From a virus: a DNA stretch of 64,000 bases. The notes beneath the pieces were generated by a model. It saw only the letters and a list, made by a program, of their open reading frames with translations, was not told where the DNA came from and ran no database searches. Below, piece by piece: positions 39,687 through 51,600 of this stretch (its first letter is position 1; every line of letters starts with the position of its first letter). A program made the position numbers and the translations under genes. The stretch is taken from the IMG/VR virus record IMGVR_UViG_3300027724_000012, positions 1,124 through 65,123 of that record; one strand, given 5' to 3'.

Positions 39687-41387
39687 TTAATATACTTTAC
39701 CGTTAGCATTAGGATACTCAGCAGTAGTTACTGTATAACCAGCTCCAGCATTTAATACTCTTTCTATTTGATCTTGATCTGTACCACACAATACTGTTTT
39801 AAATATTGTACCAGTTTCTCCAGAACAAGATACTATCCAAGGATTTATAATTGCTTCAAACTCTGTTCTAGCTGCTGTATTAGTAGAAGGAATCAAAACA
39901 GTTGTTCTAACTCTAGGTCTATAAGCAGCACCGTGAACTTTTTGATCTTTACCGTATGCAGAGTGATGAATATTATATGTACACAACCCATCAAGCGGAC
40001 CACATCCAGCTAACAATCCATGCAACATCGCAGATGTTCTAGATCCTTTTAACAATTTGTTATATCTACCTACAAACTCATCATATCCATAAGAGAAAGG
40101 TTCGTTTGCTGATGTATCTTGTAAAGCTACTTTATGTAAAGCTTGATAAGCAAGATTTTTAGGTAATTTATATGGTTGCATTTCAAATACTTTGAATTTA
40201 CCAATATTGTTATTGTTATAAGAAGTTGTAATTCTTATATCAGTATACAATGTTTTTTGATAACTATCAGGAGTATCACAGAATTTTTCCAATTCTATTG
40301 GTTTTGGAACTACTCTTAAGAAAGCACACATAGTTTCAGTAGTAGAAGATCCACAAGATCCACACTCACCATATTTAGTTACTGTTTTAGTAGGAAAATC
40401 TGTTTCACATGGAGTAATAGCATCACCTTCGAAACCTAACAATTCTATCGCTACACAAGAATTAATTAACAACTTAACACCATCGCAACACGGTTTACCA
40501 GATCCACTAAAAGTAGATGCATCTAAAGCATAACCTTTATCACCTAAAGCATCGTTAATAAGTTTAATAACTCTAGGTACTTGACCTACTCTTGTTAATT
40601 CTTCATCAGCTGGATCAGTAGTTAATGCAAAAGTAGTTGTAACAGCACTTCCTCCTGTACCTACTGTAATTCCTGTAATAGCCGCAATTGTATTACAACC
40701 AACACAAGCTGCTTCAGCAGTTGTAAAACAGAATTGATAATCGTTATCATGTAAAACATATACATGAAATGGTTTATCTTTTCTTTGATGATCTCTAACT
40801 CTCTTTATAAACGATCCTTGTTTAAGGATAGAGTTTTGAGCATCTTTACCGTTAAATTTATTAGATAAAGCACACGCTATTTCTTTACAATCTAATGGTT
40901 GATCGCAACCTGCGCAATCATCAAAATCGAATTCTACTGTTTCAGTCCACCTTTCGTAATCGTTATATTTATAAAAGTTCTCAGTATGACCTGTTCTAGC
41001 TTCTATAATGAGAGAAATTGGTTTACCTCTCTCCATACAACCAATACCTACATCTAGTATTTTAACTTGACCGCATTGTGGTCCTTCAGCAGTTACAGCT
41101 GTTAATCCAGCAGAATCTATAAAATCATAAGCGGATTTTCTTAAAACTTCTGCTACACCATCACCATTGGTATCAATACCTTGAGCAATAACTATTCTTG
41201 GATTAGTAGCGCATGTAGCACCGGGTCCAATAGATACTCCTGTATCAGCATCATATATTACTATTTGATTATCTAATACACCATTTATACCATATCCGCT
41301 AGCTGTTTCTATAAATACGGCTTTACCAGCAGGATATAGAGACAAATCTTTTGCACCGATTAAATACTTTTCAAGTACATTTCTCAT
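39687..41387 (-). CDS. Abundant structural protein, probable auxiliary capsid protein (Cys-rich)
   Basis: 566 aa, third gene after MCP and followed by a terminator, as for the crAss auxiliary capsid gene. Confidence 0.5.
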   Translation of the reverse strand: MRNVLEKYLIGAKDLSLYPAGKAVFIETASGYGINGVLDNQIVIYDADTGVSIGPGATCATNPRIVIAQGIDTNGDGVAEVLRKSAYDFIDSAGLTAVTAEGPQCGQVKILDVGIGCMERGKPISLIIEARTGHTENFYKYNDYERWTETVEFDFDDCAGCDQPLDCKEIACALSNKFNGKDAQNSILKQGSFIKRVRDHQRKDKPFHVYVLHDNDYQFCFTTAEAACVGCNTIAAITGITVGTGGSAVTTTFALTTDPADEELTRVGQVPRVIKLINDALGDKGYALDASTFSGSGKPCCDGVKLLINSCVAIELLGFEGDAITPCETDFPTKTVTKYGECGSCGSSTTETMCAFLRVVPKPIELEKFCDTPDSYQKTLYTDIRITTSYNNNNIGKFKVFEMQPYKLPKNLAYQALHKVALQDTSANEPFSYGYDEFVGRYNKLLKGSRTSAMLHGLLAGCGPLDGLCTYNIHHSAYGKDQKVHGAAYRPRVRTTVLIPSTNTAARTEFEAIINPWIVSCSGETGTIFKTVLCGTDQDQIERVLNAGAGYTVTTAEYPNANGKVY

Positions 41388-41408
41388 TCTTTAAAATTTG
41401 TTTATTTA

Positions 41409-42122
41409 TTAATTAATTTGATTTCTTTCGTTGAATAATATAGAATCTATATTTTCTTTGTAACTATCATCAAAATCTCTTTTGATAAGATATACAGCTA
41501 CATCTGTAAATTTTCTCCATAATAATGGATCATCTATTAGTAAGTGTTTATTTTCTGTGGGTGTTTCTCCATCAGCATTTACATATATACCTTTTGCATC
41601 GCTTACATTAGCTACATCAGGTATCCATTTGATATAATCTATATAAGCTTCTTTTATAACAAGAATATTATTATGATATATATTTAAACCTTTACTATCT
41701 TCGTTACTAAATGATTCTCTCCAGTGAAAATTTGGAGTCCATTTTGGATCTCTTATAGATTCTTCTATTTTATGAGTTTGGATATTATGTAGAAATATAT
41801 CATCTATTTTATCACAAACTTTCGAGTTACCTATTGCTCTTCTATTTAAAGTAGAATAATGATCTTCTGGTAATTTAAATATAGCTGTTTTAGAATTTGT
41901 TTCTAATAAATCAAGCTTTTTGTTTTTAACTTCTAAACTTCTTAATCTATTAGATATTGTAGTATTTCTTTCAACTATTGCGTTATAATTTTCTAATATA
42001 ATTTCTTTAGCTTGATTTATATATCCGTCTATATCTACTACACTAATATCAGATTTCCAATCAGAGTGTACTCTGTTTAGTTGTCTATTTATTTCATAAT
42101 GTAGTTTACCAATCTTAATCAT
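41409..42122 (-). CDS. Ring/adaptor protein (conserved crAss gene downstream of MCP)
   Basis: LHYEINRQLNR...DIDGYINQA, YIDYIKWIP; synteny. Confidence 0.6.
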   Translation of the reverse strand: MIKIGKLHYEINRQLNRVHSDWKSDISVVDIDGYINQAKEIILENYNAIVERNTTISNRLRSLEVKNKKLDLLETNSKTAIFKLPEDHYSTLNRRAIGNSKVCDKIDDIFLHNIQTHKIEESIRDPKWTPNFHWRESFSNEDSKGLNIYHNNILVIKEAYIDYIKWIPDVANVSDAKGIYVNADGETPTENKHLLIDDPLLWRKFTDVAVYLIKRDFDDSYKENIDSILFNERNQIN

Positions 42123-43090
42123 TAAAAGTTTGTTAAATTATCTAACGCTTTTTCTATTCTAAATAATACATCAGAATTATCAGGTTTTAACAAAAATGTT
42201 GTTACTTGTTGTTTATCTTTTCCGATAACAGCTCCAAAAGCAGTATAACCTACATCTTTATCTCTTTTTAATACCCCAGCACTAATTGCTTTTTGTATTG
42301 TTTTTCTTATACTAAGATCTTCAACATCTGATTCTGCTGTTCTTATAAAATACTCTTGTTTAGTTGTTCCAGAATCTGCGTATTTATTTACGTTATCTTC
42401 TATAGCTTCCCACAATACATCTTCTACAATTGCTGAATCTGTTCTTTCATCTTTTATTAATCCCATCGCCATAGCTACCATTAACTTACGTTCGTCGCTC
42501 ATAGCATCTAACAAGCTTATTGCTTTTTTCTTGTTATTTCTAGCATCTTTTTTAACAACAGCATCTATTTCTTTATCTACTATAACATATTTAGCTCTAC
42601 CTGTTAATGCTGGATTTAATTTATCACCACTAACTTGAAATCTACTATTTGCTAATGCACCTTCGTACATCAATTTATGTTTAGCATTATCTAATTTTAA
42701 TACACCTTCTCCTTCTGTAAATGTTATTTTAAGTAACAAATTATTAAAGAATGGATCATTCATATTATAAATATCGCAAGTAGTAATCATTTTACCGTAA
42801 TCGGGATGCTTTGTCATATCGTTTAAAAGATTACAAGATTTAACTAAATCGTTTAACTCTTGCGAATTTTCTTGAAATCCTTTTAACATCCATTTTCGTT
42901 TTTGGGATGAAAACGCTACAGGTCTTTCAACTTGATTAGAATTTGGTAATCTTTGTTGTTTGTAATTACCTAAACTTCTATACTCTGTTTTACCATCTAC
43001 TGTTTTTTCGTTTATCTTTTCCATATTACCTATAATAGATGTAAATCTTTGAGATAACGGAGATGGTTTAATTGTTACTATTTTTGACAT
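42122..43090 (-). CDS. Conserved crAss protein immediately downstream of MCP
   Basis: 322 aa helical protein; IQKAISAGVLKR C-terminal motif; synteny. Confidence 0.55.
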   Translation of the reverse strand: MSKIVTIKPSPLSQRFTSIIGNMEKINEKTVDGKTEYRSLGNYKQQRLPNSNQVERPVAFSSQKRKWMLKGFQENSQELNDLVKSCNLLNDMTKHPDYGKMITTCDIYNMNDPFFNNLLLKITFTEGEGVLKLDNAKHKLMYEGALANSRFQVSGDKLNPALTGRAKYVIVDKEIDAVVKKDARNNKKKAISLLDAMSDERKLMVAMAMGLIKDERTDSAIVEDVLWEAIEDNVNKYADSGTTKQEYFIRTAESDVEDLSIRKTIQKAISAGVLKRDKDVGYTAFGAVIGKDKQQVTTFLLKPDNSDVLFRIEKALDNLTNF

Positions 43091-43223
43091 TCTTACTTAC
43101 TTTTATTATTATTTTAAAAAATGGTGCTCGGTATTACACACCTTTAATTTTGTCCTAAGATAACTATAACGCCTTACACGATGGTGTTTTAAGCCCGATA
43201 AGATAATATACCGATTATTTTTA

Positions 43224-44765
43224 TTAATATTGTACCGCAGGTAATATCATTGCGCACAAATTAACATCTTTTATTCTAACTCCGAAAGAATCTGCAGCTA
43301 CAAGTTCATAAGATCTTCGAGTATGTGATGCTGTAAAACCAGCTCTATTTGTTCTACCATTGATTGGACCAGCAGGAGACCACGTACCACATATGTATGT
43401 AAAGATTTCAGAATCTTTTCTCTTAAGTAATTCTACATTACCGTGAGAACCTAATCCATAATCCATAATAAAATACATATAAGATGTAAGTGGTAAACCA
43501 GTATCTGGATGCACAATACCACCATTAAGCTCTCTATTATCTAGTAATGGTAGGTGAACAAATTTTAAAGATCCAAATGGAAACAATTCTACTTCTAAGA
43601 AAGAGTTTTGTTTAATTTTAAATCCTTCTCCACCCGCACCTGGATATTTAGAACCTCCAGATACCCATTTATCAAATGGTACTTGTACGTTTAATCTTGT
43701 ATACAACTCTCTAATAGCTCTATCAGCTTGAGTCATACCCATTCTACCTGTTTGTATAACAACATTAGAATTTTCAGGAGAAATAGTATCCCAACCAACT
43801 TCTTGTAGAAAATCTACAATCATATCGATTGAAAAGTTACCAAGTGGATATGTGATTACGTTAGAATCTTCCATAAACTCCATAACTCCTGGACCCATTC
43901 TTCTATGATATCCAGATGATGGATCTATAATTGTTTTACCAATAGCTCTACCATACCATGACATCAACTCTTTTTCCCACTTAGATTGTGCTAAAAATTC
44001 TGCCTCTATCCAAGATATAATTTGATCTGGAAACTTTTTCATAGGTAAACCGTTATCATCTTTAGCTACAACTCTCAATCTTAATTGATCTGCTTTGTTT
44101 GTAACTTCTACTCTTTTACCCCATTCACTAAGATCAGATTTAAATCTAATATAAGAAGTATTACCTTCAAAATACATAGAACCATAATCGTTTGATTGCT
44201 CACCATAAGTAGAACCTATTTTAATCCATTTAAGACCTGGTTCTAACAACTCTGGTTCGAAATATGCTTCATGAGATATATCTGCTAAAACAACAGTATA
44301 TATGAAATCTTCGATACCATCTTTAACAGGTAAGTATTGTACAACAACTTGTACATCTTTAGCAATTTCAGGTGCTAAAATATCACCCGGAGTATAACCT
44401 TCGAAATCAAGTTTAACTTGAAACTCTTGGTGATTATGTCCAGGATATTTTACACCTGGCATAACGTTTTCTACTGCTAAAGTTTCTACTCTACCAGAAC
44501 CTTTTAAGCTCCACTCTACTTCATCAGAATCTACTTCTCGTACTCTACCTTGTCCAATTAAAGAATCCCATAGAGTAGTTTTTTTACCACTTAGTGCTGG
44601 CATCGCAGAAGCTGCGTATTGCATAACTTTATCTGTAAGATCTACAGATTTTTTCATACCCTGGTGGGTAGCTAACAAAATATTCTCATTTACATAATTA
44701 CCCCATTTGATATCTTTTACGGAGTCTTTATATATTTCGAATTTAGTAGGAATTAATCTAGCCAT
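43224..44765 (-). CDS. Major capsid protein
   Basis: 513 aa; EVEWSLKG, EAEFLAQSKWEKE, MGPGVME, FVHLPLLD, SYMYFIMDYG resemble the crAss MCP; order portal, acidic gene, MCP. Confidence 0.85.
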   Translation of the reverse strand: MARLIPTKFEIYKDSVKDIKWGNYVNENILLATHQGMKKSVDLTDKVMQYAASAMPALSGKKTTLWDSLIGQGRVREVDSDEVEWSLKGSGRVETLAVENVMPGVKYPGHNHQEFQVKLDFEGYTPGDILAPEIAKDVQVVVQYLPVKDGIEDFIYTVVLADISHEAYFEPELLEPGLKWIKIGSTYGEQSNDYGSMYFEGNTSYIRFKSDLSEWGKRVEVTNKADQLRLRVVAKDDNGLPMKKFPDQIISWIEAEFLAQSKWEKELMSWYGRAIGKTIIDPSSGYHRRMGPGVMEFMEDSNVITYPLGNFSIDMIVDFLQEVGWDTISPENSNVVIQTGRMGMTQADRAIRELYTRLNVQVPFDKWVSGGSKYPGAGGEGFKIKQNSFLEVELFPFGSLKFVHLPLLDNRELNGGIVHPDTGLPLTSYMYFIMDYGLGSHGNVELLKRKDSEIFTYICGTWSPAGPINGRTNRAGFTASHTRRSYELVAADSFGVRIKDVNLCAMILPAVQY

Positions 44766-44789
44766 TTGTAATTTTAATTATTTAATTAA

Positions 44790-45935
44790 TTATAAATCGA
44801 GATATCCATTATAGATAACTCGTTTTGAATCTCGTTTATTATTTGTTCTATTATCTAGAACTTTTAGTATTTCTTCGTTAGATGCTTTTTTTGCTACTTC
44901 AACTAGTTTAGTAAAATCAAAACCATCTACTAACAATTGTGCAAAAGCTATTTGTTGTTCTAAATCTCTTCCGAATTCTTGATACTTTATATTATATAAG
45001 GTATCTTTAACAAATACTTTTTTACCTTCATTAGTTATGTGTTCTACAGTTTCTGTAGGACTATAAATAGCATTGTATAGTTTCTTCTTATCTCTAATTG
45101 GTAAACCTTTCACAATACCTTTATTTATTATATCTTGAGCTTTTTGTTTGGTTTCAGCAACCATTCTATCGTTTTGCTCTTTTTCTAATTTCTTTTGAGC
45201 TAATGCTCGATCTATATATTGTTTTTCTAGTTTCTTAAACTGATCAATAGTAGATTGTGCTCTATCGTATAATTTACCTTTATCTTTTAAAAGTTCGATT
45301 ATATCTTTTCTTTCATCTGTATCAGTAATACCTTTTTGTACTAATCCTGCTTCTACTATATCTTCAAGATCTTTTTCGTCCGTATCGTCGTCTAACTCTA
45401 TATCTGAAATTTCTTTTAATTTCATACCTTGTTTAACAACTTCAGCATCTCCACCTTGTATAAGATAATTTATATATTCTGCAGCACCTTGGTATCTTTC
45501 TTCTAATACTTGTTTTTGTTCTTCAGTAGCTTTAGTTATACTTTGTTTAATAGTATCTATTAGCTCTTTAGGTTCCATATTTTTTTTGATATCTTTAACA
45601 TCAAACGGTATAAGATCTGGATCTTCTTGTTTTAGTGCTAAAGCTACTAATGATATATCTGAGTAATCTTTATATTGATCATCACTATCATCGTCGTCAT
45701 CATCTTCTGAAACTTCTTCTTTAACCTTTTTAGTTGGTTTAGTAGTTTCTACATCTTCTTGATCATCTTCTTGAGTATCAGTATTATCTTGATCATCATC
45801 TTCATCATCAACATCTTCTATATCTGTATCGATATCTTCCGCAGTTGGTTCATCACTTTCGAACCATTCGTTTATAGAATCGTTTATTAACATTGATCCT
45901 GATTGGACATCAAATTGTGCTTCTGGTTTTGTCAT
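44790..45935 (-). CDS. Acidic scaffold-like protein upstream of MCP
   Basis: Very D/E-rich N-terminus then coiled coils; conserved position between portal and MCP in crAss phages. Confidence 0.65.
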   Translation of the reverse strand: MTKPEAQFDVQSGSMLINDSINEWFESDEPTAEDIDTDIEDVDDEDDDQDNTDTQEDDQEDVETTKPTKKVKEEVSEDDDDDDSDDQYKDYSDISLVALALKQEDPDLIPFDVKDIKKNMEPKELIDTIKQSITKATEEQKQVLEERYQGAAEYINYLIQGGDAEVVKQGMKLKEISDIELDDDTDEKDLEDIVEAGLVQKGITDTDERKDIIELLKDKGKLYDRAQSTIDQFKKLEKQYIDRALAQKKLEKEQNDRMVAETKQKAQDIINKGIVKGLPIRDKKKLYNAIYSPTETVEHITNEGKKVFVKDTLYNIKYQEFGRDLEQQIAFAQLLVDGFDFTKLVEVAKKASNEEILKVLDNRTNNKRDSKRVIYNGYLDL

Positions 45936-45959
45936 CTTACTTTTTTCTAATTACTAGCG

Positions 45960-45967
45960 CAAAAGTA
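45960..45967 (-). promoter_or_regulatory. Bacteroidota-type -7 promoter element TACTTTTG
   Basis: About 25 nt upstream of the ATG at 45935, in a 150-bp AT-rich gap. Confidence 0.65.
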
Positions 45968-46087
45968 GAAACTATAAATATTTTAATGTGTGAATTATAT
46001 TGTTTTTTAGAAAAAAAATCTGTCAAACTATGTAATTTTGTTACAAAATATTTTGTAATTTCTAATTTTTTGCTATAGGTTATTTAA

Positions 46088-48631
46088 TTATTTACTAACT
46101 GTTGGTTTATTTTTTGCTTTTATTCTTTCTATCTCAAGTTTGTTTTTAAACTCTTGATCTTTTAACTCTCGTTGTAATTCTCTATCTTTTTCGTTTTCTT
46201 GTACTTCTTTCTCTTTGATAAACATTTCTTTTTGTAATGTATCTAACTGCATATTTTTATCCGCATCTTGTTGTTGTGCAAATTTTGTAGAATCTATTGC
46301 TACAACTTGTAACTTATTATCTCGATCTTTTTGATTCTCAGAAGCTTCGAATCTCATCATCATTTCTTGCATCTCTTTTTTCATAGCTTCTATTTGTTGT
46401 TCTTGTTGTTGTTGAGCTTTTTGCATCTGTTCTTGTTTATCCATCATTTTTTGCTCAGCTCTTTCTGCGATGTTTAAAGCATCAGACATATTATTAGCTA
46501 ACTGTAATCGTATAAACTCAGGAAACGTAATCATCTGATTTTGTATCATAGCTTGTCCTAAACTTTTTATGTTGTTTAAGGTATTAAAATCTTCAGCATT
46601 ATTTCTAAGTACAACACCAATCTCAGCAAGATCGAATAACTCTTTATCTAATTCTAAATCTGCTCTAGACATATCATCTAGTATATAACTAGCAATAAAA
46701 TCATTATCTTTTAATGCTGCTCTTTCGTTTAGAATATGTCTATTAAGTACTCTTTCTATAATTTCATTATGTAATGTAAATATATCTTGAGTTTGATATG
46801 TTGATTGTTGTATATTTTCTTTTGTATTGGTTACAGCTGCTTGTGGTACTATTTGACCTAATCTAGCTGGATTATAACTCATAGCTAATGCTGCTTGATT
46901 TCTATACCAATCTAATTGTTGTAAATCTGCCGCAATATTTTGGAGCTGTGATAACTCCATAGCTTTAAACATTTGACCATCTATACCATTTATATCTTCG
47001 TTAGAAGAATCTATTGGTAATATATGACCATATTTAGCCATCATTAACCATTTACCCCAACTCCAATCTTTAGGTTTTAAACCAGTAGCTACTGCAATAA
47101 CATTACCAATATCTAAAGATTCTCTTTCTGTTACTTTAGCTAATTTTATATTAAACTTATCTTGCCACGGTTTACCTAAATCTAGTGGTGCTACATTTTC
47201 AGTATTACCAAATAGTTTAGAATACTCAGCACCCATAAATGATATTTTGATATCATGTGGATTATTTATACTTCTGTATTGATTAGGTGATGCTCCTTTA
47301 TTAAAATATAATGCATCGTCTCCTACACCAACTTTTTCACACATATATGATTTTGGTAACCATACTTCTCTAACTCTTATATCTTTAGATGGATTCTTTT
47401 CGTAGTTATCTGATACCCAAAATTGTGTATATTTATTTTTTTCTCTGTCATATCTATCAACAAGTTTTAATTTATCTAAAGATTTAAATACAACTTTTAC
47501 TCTTCGTATACCTTCTACTTCAGCATAACTACCAGAACCAAACTTATTATATAACTCTCTTAAAAATTGTTGTCCTTCTTTTGTACCTAAATGTGGAGCA
47601 GTATCAAAGAACCCCGTAGCATTATCAAATTGTGCTACTCTAGTATTCATAGGTTCTGGAAACTCTCCTCTATTATATCTTGGACTACCTTGTTGAAAAT
47701 GTATTTTTTCTAATTTTTTTAACATAGATGGTGTCATTTCTGCACCATGATCGTTAAATAGTTGTGGTATTGTAATATATTCTTCATATACTCCAAAATC
47801 CATATCTTCTATAAAATGAGCATCAGATGGACCACCACATCTAAAACCTATTGGGTTTAATATTCTAGTATACGCTTTATTGTTTCTTATACCTGTATCG
47901 TATATTTCTTTACCAGATATAATGAGATGTTTAAAATTCTCATCTGTCCAGTACTTTAACTTATCCCTTCGAATTATATATTCTGTTATTTGTTGTAGTT
48001 GCATCTCAGATGGAGATTTGTACTCGTCAGCTAAATAACGATCTATATCTTTAGGAGTCATAGCTTTTCTACGCTCTTCTATTTGTTGTTGTGCTTCTTG
48101 TTGTTGTTCTGGAGATAAAGATTGCATATCTTTTACTTGATTTTGCAACATCCACTCTTGATATGCTTGTTCTTTTATAGGATTAACAATAGTTTCGTTT
48201 AACCATTGTTGTCGTAGTTCTAATTTTTTCTTTTTCTTAGCGTTTACATTACTAGCAGAAGAATCTGTAACTATTGGTTTAAAAGACATCAATTGTTGTT
48301 GTCCGTGTAATGATTTACCTATTGGTATAAGTATATCGTGATGTGGTATATCTTCATCATTAAAATATAAACCTTCTTCTTGTAAAAGATTAGAACTAAT
48401 TGGAGACGAAACGGTAGTTGATTCTATACCTCTACCATTCCATAATCTATAGTTTAATAATACTTTTTCTAGATTTATATCATCTCCATTTAGATCATAA
48501 CCAACATCGTAGTAATCGGTCCATTCTTCTAACCATCTCCAATCGTTAGCTTTTTTCTCTCTATAAGATACTCTGTGTTGTAAGGTGTCTATACCTTTTA
48601 CAGGTACTCCTAAATAATGTTTTGCTTCCAT
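46088..48631 (-). CDS. Portal protein
   Basis: 847 aa; NYRLWNG, LIISGKEIY, LDLGKPWQ, C-terminal Q/E coiled coil; directly after TerL. Confidence 0.85.
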   Translation of the reverse strand: MEAKHYLGVPVKGIDTLQHRVSYREKKANDWRWLEEWTDYYDVGYDLNGDDINLEKVLLNYRLWNGRGIESTTVSSPISSNLLQEEGLYFNDEDIPHHDILIPIGKSLHGQQQLMSFKPIVTDSSASNVNAKKKKKLELRQQWLNETIVNPIKEQAYQEWMLQNQVKDMQSLSPEQQQEAQQQIEERRKAMTPKDIDRYLADEYKSPSEMQLQQITEYIIRRDKLKYWTDENFKHLIISGKEIYDTGIRNNKAYTRILNPIGFRCGGPSDAHFIEDMDFGVYEEYITIPQLFNDHGAEMTPSMLKKLEKIHFQQGSPRYNRGEFPEPMNTRVAQFDNATGFFDTAPHLGTKEGQQFLRELYNKFGSGSYAEVEGIRRVKVVFKSLDKLKLVDRYDREKNKYTQFWVSDNYEKNPSKDIRVREVWLPKSYMCEKVGVGDDALYFNKGASPNQYRSINNPHDIKISFMGAEYSKLFGNTENVAPLDLGKPWQDKFNIKLAKVTERESLDIGNVIAVATGLKPKDWSWGKWLMMAKYGHILPIDSSNEDINGIDGQMFKAMELSQLQNIAADLQQLDWYRNQAALAMSYNPARLGQIVPQAAVTNTKENIQQSTYQTQDIFTLHNEIIERVLNRHILNERAALKDNDFIASYILDDMSRADLELDKELFDLAEIGVVLRNNAEDFNTLNNIKSLGQAMIQNQMITFPEFIRLQLANNMSDALNIAERAEQKMMDKQEQMQKAQQQQEQQIEAMKKEMQEMMMRFEASENQKDRDNKLQVVAIDSTKFAQQQDADKNMQLDTLQKEMFIKEKEVQENEKDRELQRELKDQEFKNKLEIERIKAKNKPTVSK

Positions 48632-51600
48632 TAATAGTTATAATATGGGTTTGTAGTTTGTTTTGATTTCAATTGATTATAAAAACTATTTAAAGTTTCT
48701 TTTGCTGCTGTAGAAGCTTTTTCTACAGGTATTTGTTTTTCTTGTGATAACCATAACATCAGTAGTTTTAAAGATGATACGTGGTCACTATTTACATCTC
48801 TAGAATATTGTATTAGTTCTAATAATAATCTAGGAGATTTTAACTTGTGAAGGTTTAAATATTGTACACCTTCTTTATTTGTTTTCCAAGGTGTAAGTAA
48901 CCATTGTCGTATAAGCTGTTCTGCGTGCTCATGTAACGCTGGAGATGTCATATCGATACCTACATCATATTTCTTACCAGGGTTCTTTACAGCTCTTGAT
49001 ATAGCATCCATAGGTTTAGCTTGTAATAAGTTTATTCTACCTTCTCGTTTACAATATCTAATAAAATCTGGTATATTTGTTTCTACCATTATTTTAGCAT
49101 TATAGTATAGAGCTAGTTTAACACATATTTCGTGCATATCTTCTACTAAATCTGTTCTACCTATATACTCAGCTACTACATCATCAGATGCTCCTAAAGC
49201 CCAATCATTATCTGATACACCTTTATAGACTAAAATAGAAGCAAGAGATGTACCTGTACCATCATCTTTAATAGGGTCATATACAACTTTATATAAAGAT
49301 ACTTTTCTAGTTGGATCTGGTATATCTTCTTCTGGTGATTCGTAAAAAGAAATACAACCTTTTATATTTCCTTTATACTGATCTAGATTTGTTTGTAATA
49401 TAGGTTTTAATTTGTTATTTATATCTGGTACAAGTCTTACACCTTGTTTATTATCTTTCCATTCTAGTACTCCTCTATATGATATAGATTCGTATATTTT
49501 TTTAACTTCTACTTCTGTTAATCTATCTCTCAGCATTGCTGTTGGAAATACATTTGCGGTAGCACTTAAAAACATCTCAGATGGTACTAATGGTCTAGCC
49601 ATCATATAACCATCTAACGCAAGAGAATTATCAGCATTAGCTTTTATTTTACGCTGATACATCTCTTCTTCGTATGCTGCTTCTATATCTTGATTACCAT
49701 TTTCATCTCTAAACGAGTTATCAGTATAATATGCTGGTAAAAAGAATCCAATTGGTTTTTTTCTATTCTCCCATAAATCAGGAAACTCTAACATATCATA
49801 TGTAGCTGGATCTTCGAAGATAATTTTTGGTTCTAATATTCTTTCTATATTACCTGCTGTACCTACATATAATGCCGAACCAAACTTATTCTTACGTATA
49901 AAAGTTGTTTCGTTGCTATTTGATAATATAGTATTATCTTCTCCTAAAAAATATGGATCTTCTTTTAACTCAAATCCATAATATTTACCTATTTTATCTT
50001 TCTCTATTTTTAAACCTTGCATAAATGTACACTGATGTGTATTTACTTCTGCTTGTTTATGTTTTGTTTTTGTAGGTATTCTATGTATATCTCCACTAAT
50101 AGTAATATGTTTACCTAATAAGTGATGTTTTTTATAACGTACTATATCACAAACACTAGTTTTAAAACCTAAAGAGTTGCTTAAAAATTTTATTTGATCT
50201 ACTAGTTTATCTCTTCCTCCTACATATATTACAAAATTTCTTCCACTTTTTCTATTACAATAGGTACCATCAGTATCTATAATTCCTGCTAATAGTTTTA
50301 ATCTATCTTCTTCTGATGATTTTAAATAATCTTCTGGAATTTCTTTTTTATTTAATATATTATAATGTCTTAAATATCTTTTTATATAATTTTTTTTACT
50401 GTCTGTATTATTTATAGATGGATAAAATGTAGGTGTTTTTTTAGATCCTGATGTAGTAGTTGTTAACCCTAAAGAATTAAAGTAATCTTTAATCCATTGT
50501 ATCATTTCTACTGTATTTTCATTTATATCCGCTACTATAGCACCACCTCTTGCAATACCATCACCTATAAATAAACCAAGATAATAAGGATCTAACAATA
50601 ACTCTTTTTTTGAAAATTTTATTAAATTAGATTTTAAACCATATAAACCTTTTTTTCTAGTTTTTGAAAAATTATATATATCTTCTGCTGTACTAACTCT
50701 AAAACCATCAGATGGATAATTTATTCTTTGATAATATATAATATCATGTTTACTATTAACAGTATATGAAATAGATCCTCTTTGTTTTATAGTATATAAT
50801 TGATCTATTCCAGAATATATATTATTTACTGTTCTAACAGTTCCATCAGAACCCATTACTAAATCATTTTTTACTATATCTTCTACATTTTTTAATGTAG
50901 TATCATACATTCTAATTTTTGTTCCTTCTGCGTAGCATTTATGTACATCAAGTAGATTAGCTACTAATCCTATCTCTTCTATTATCGAAATAATTGGACC
51001 AGTACCTACAGATGCTTCTGGATTATCTTGATAAGTAACATGTATAATCTTGGTACCTTTACCACCTTTTTTCCATATACCACCTTCTACATAATCGTAT
51101 TCGTTTCTATATGGTGATTTAGAATTACTTACTGTTAATGATCCTTGTGTATTTTGATAAAACCATCCTGGTATAAAAGCATCGTTTTCTCCATAAGCAC
51201 CATAATTATTTTTTTGATACTCCTGATTAAACGAAAACTTTTTAAGCATATCTGCACTTTTACCAAGTACTGAACCTACTACTATTTCTGGACCTTTTAT
51301 TATGTTGAAGTAATTACTATCAAAATATACAGCACCATGAAAATTAAAAGTATGAGATATTATACCCATTAACCAAAACGATTTACCTTGTCGTCTTGAT
51401 GTTAATCCCATCATGTTTTTAGCTACATTACCATATAATGGTTTACCTAATGGTTTATCATAAGTAGCATAAAGTATATCTCTAGGTTCTTTATATTTTT
51501 TATAAGTACCGTCTGGTTTAGTTATATTTTTAGCTACTTGTAATCTAAGTTTATCTTTTGTAGTTAATAATTCTCCACTTTCTAGTTTCTTTACAAGAGT

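Noticed and set aside
43152..43171. GTCCTAAG and TAACTATAACG match pieces of the 23S rRNA helix 69 region (I-CeuI site)
   Set aside because: The two pieces are in permuted order and only 8 and 11 nt long; matches of this size to rRNA are expected by chance in 64 kb.
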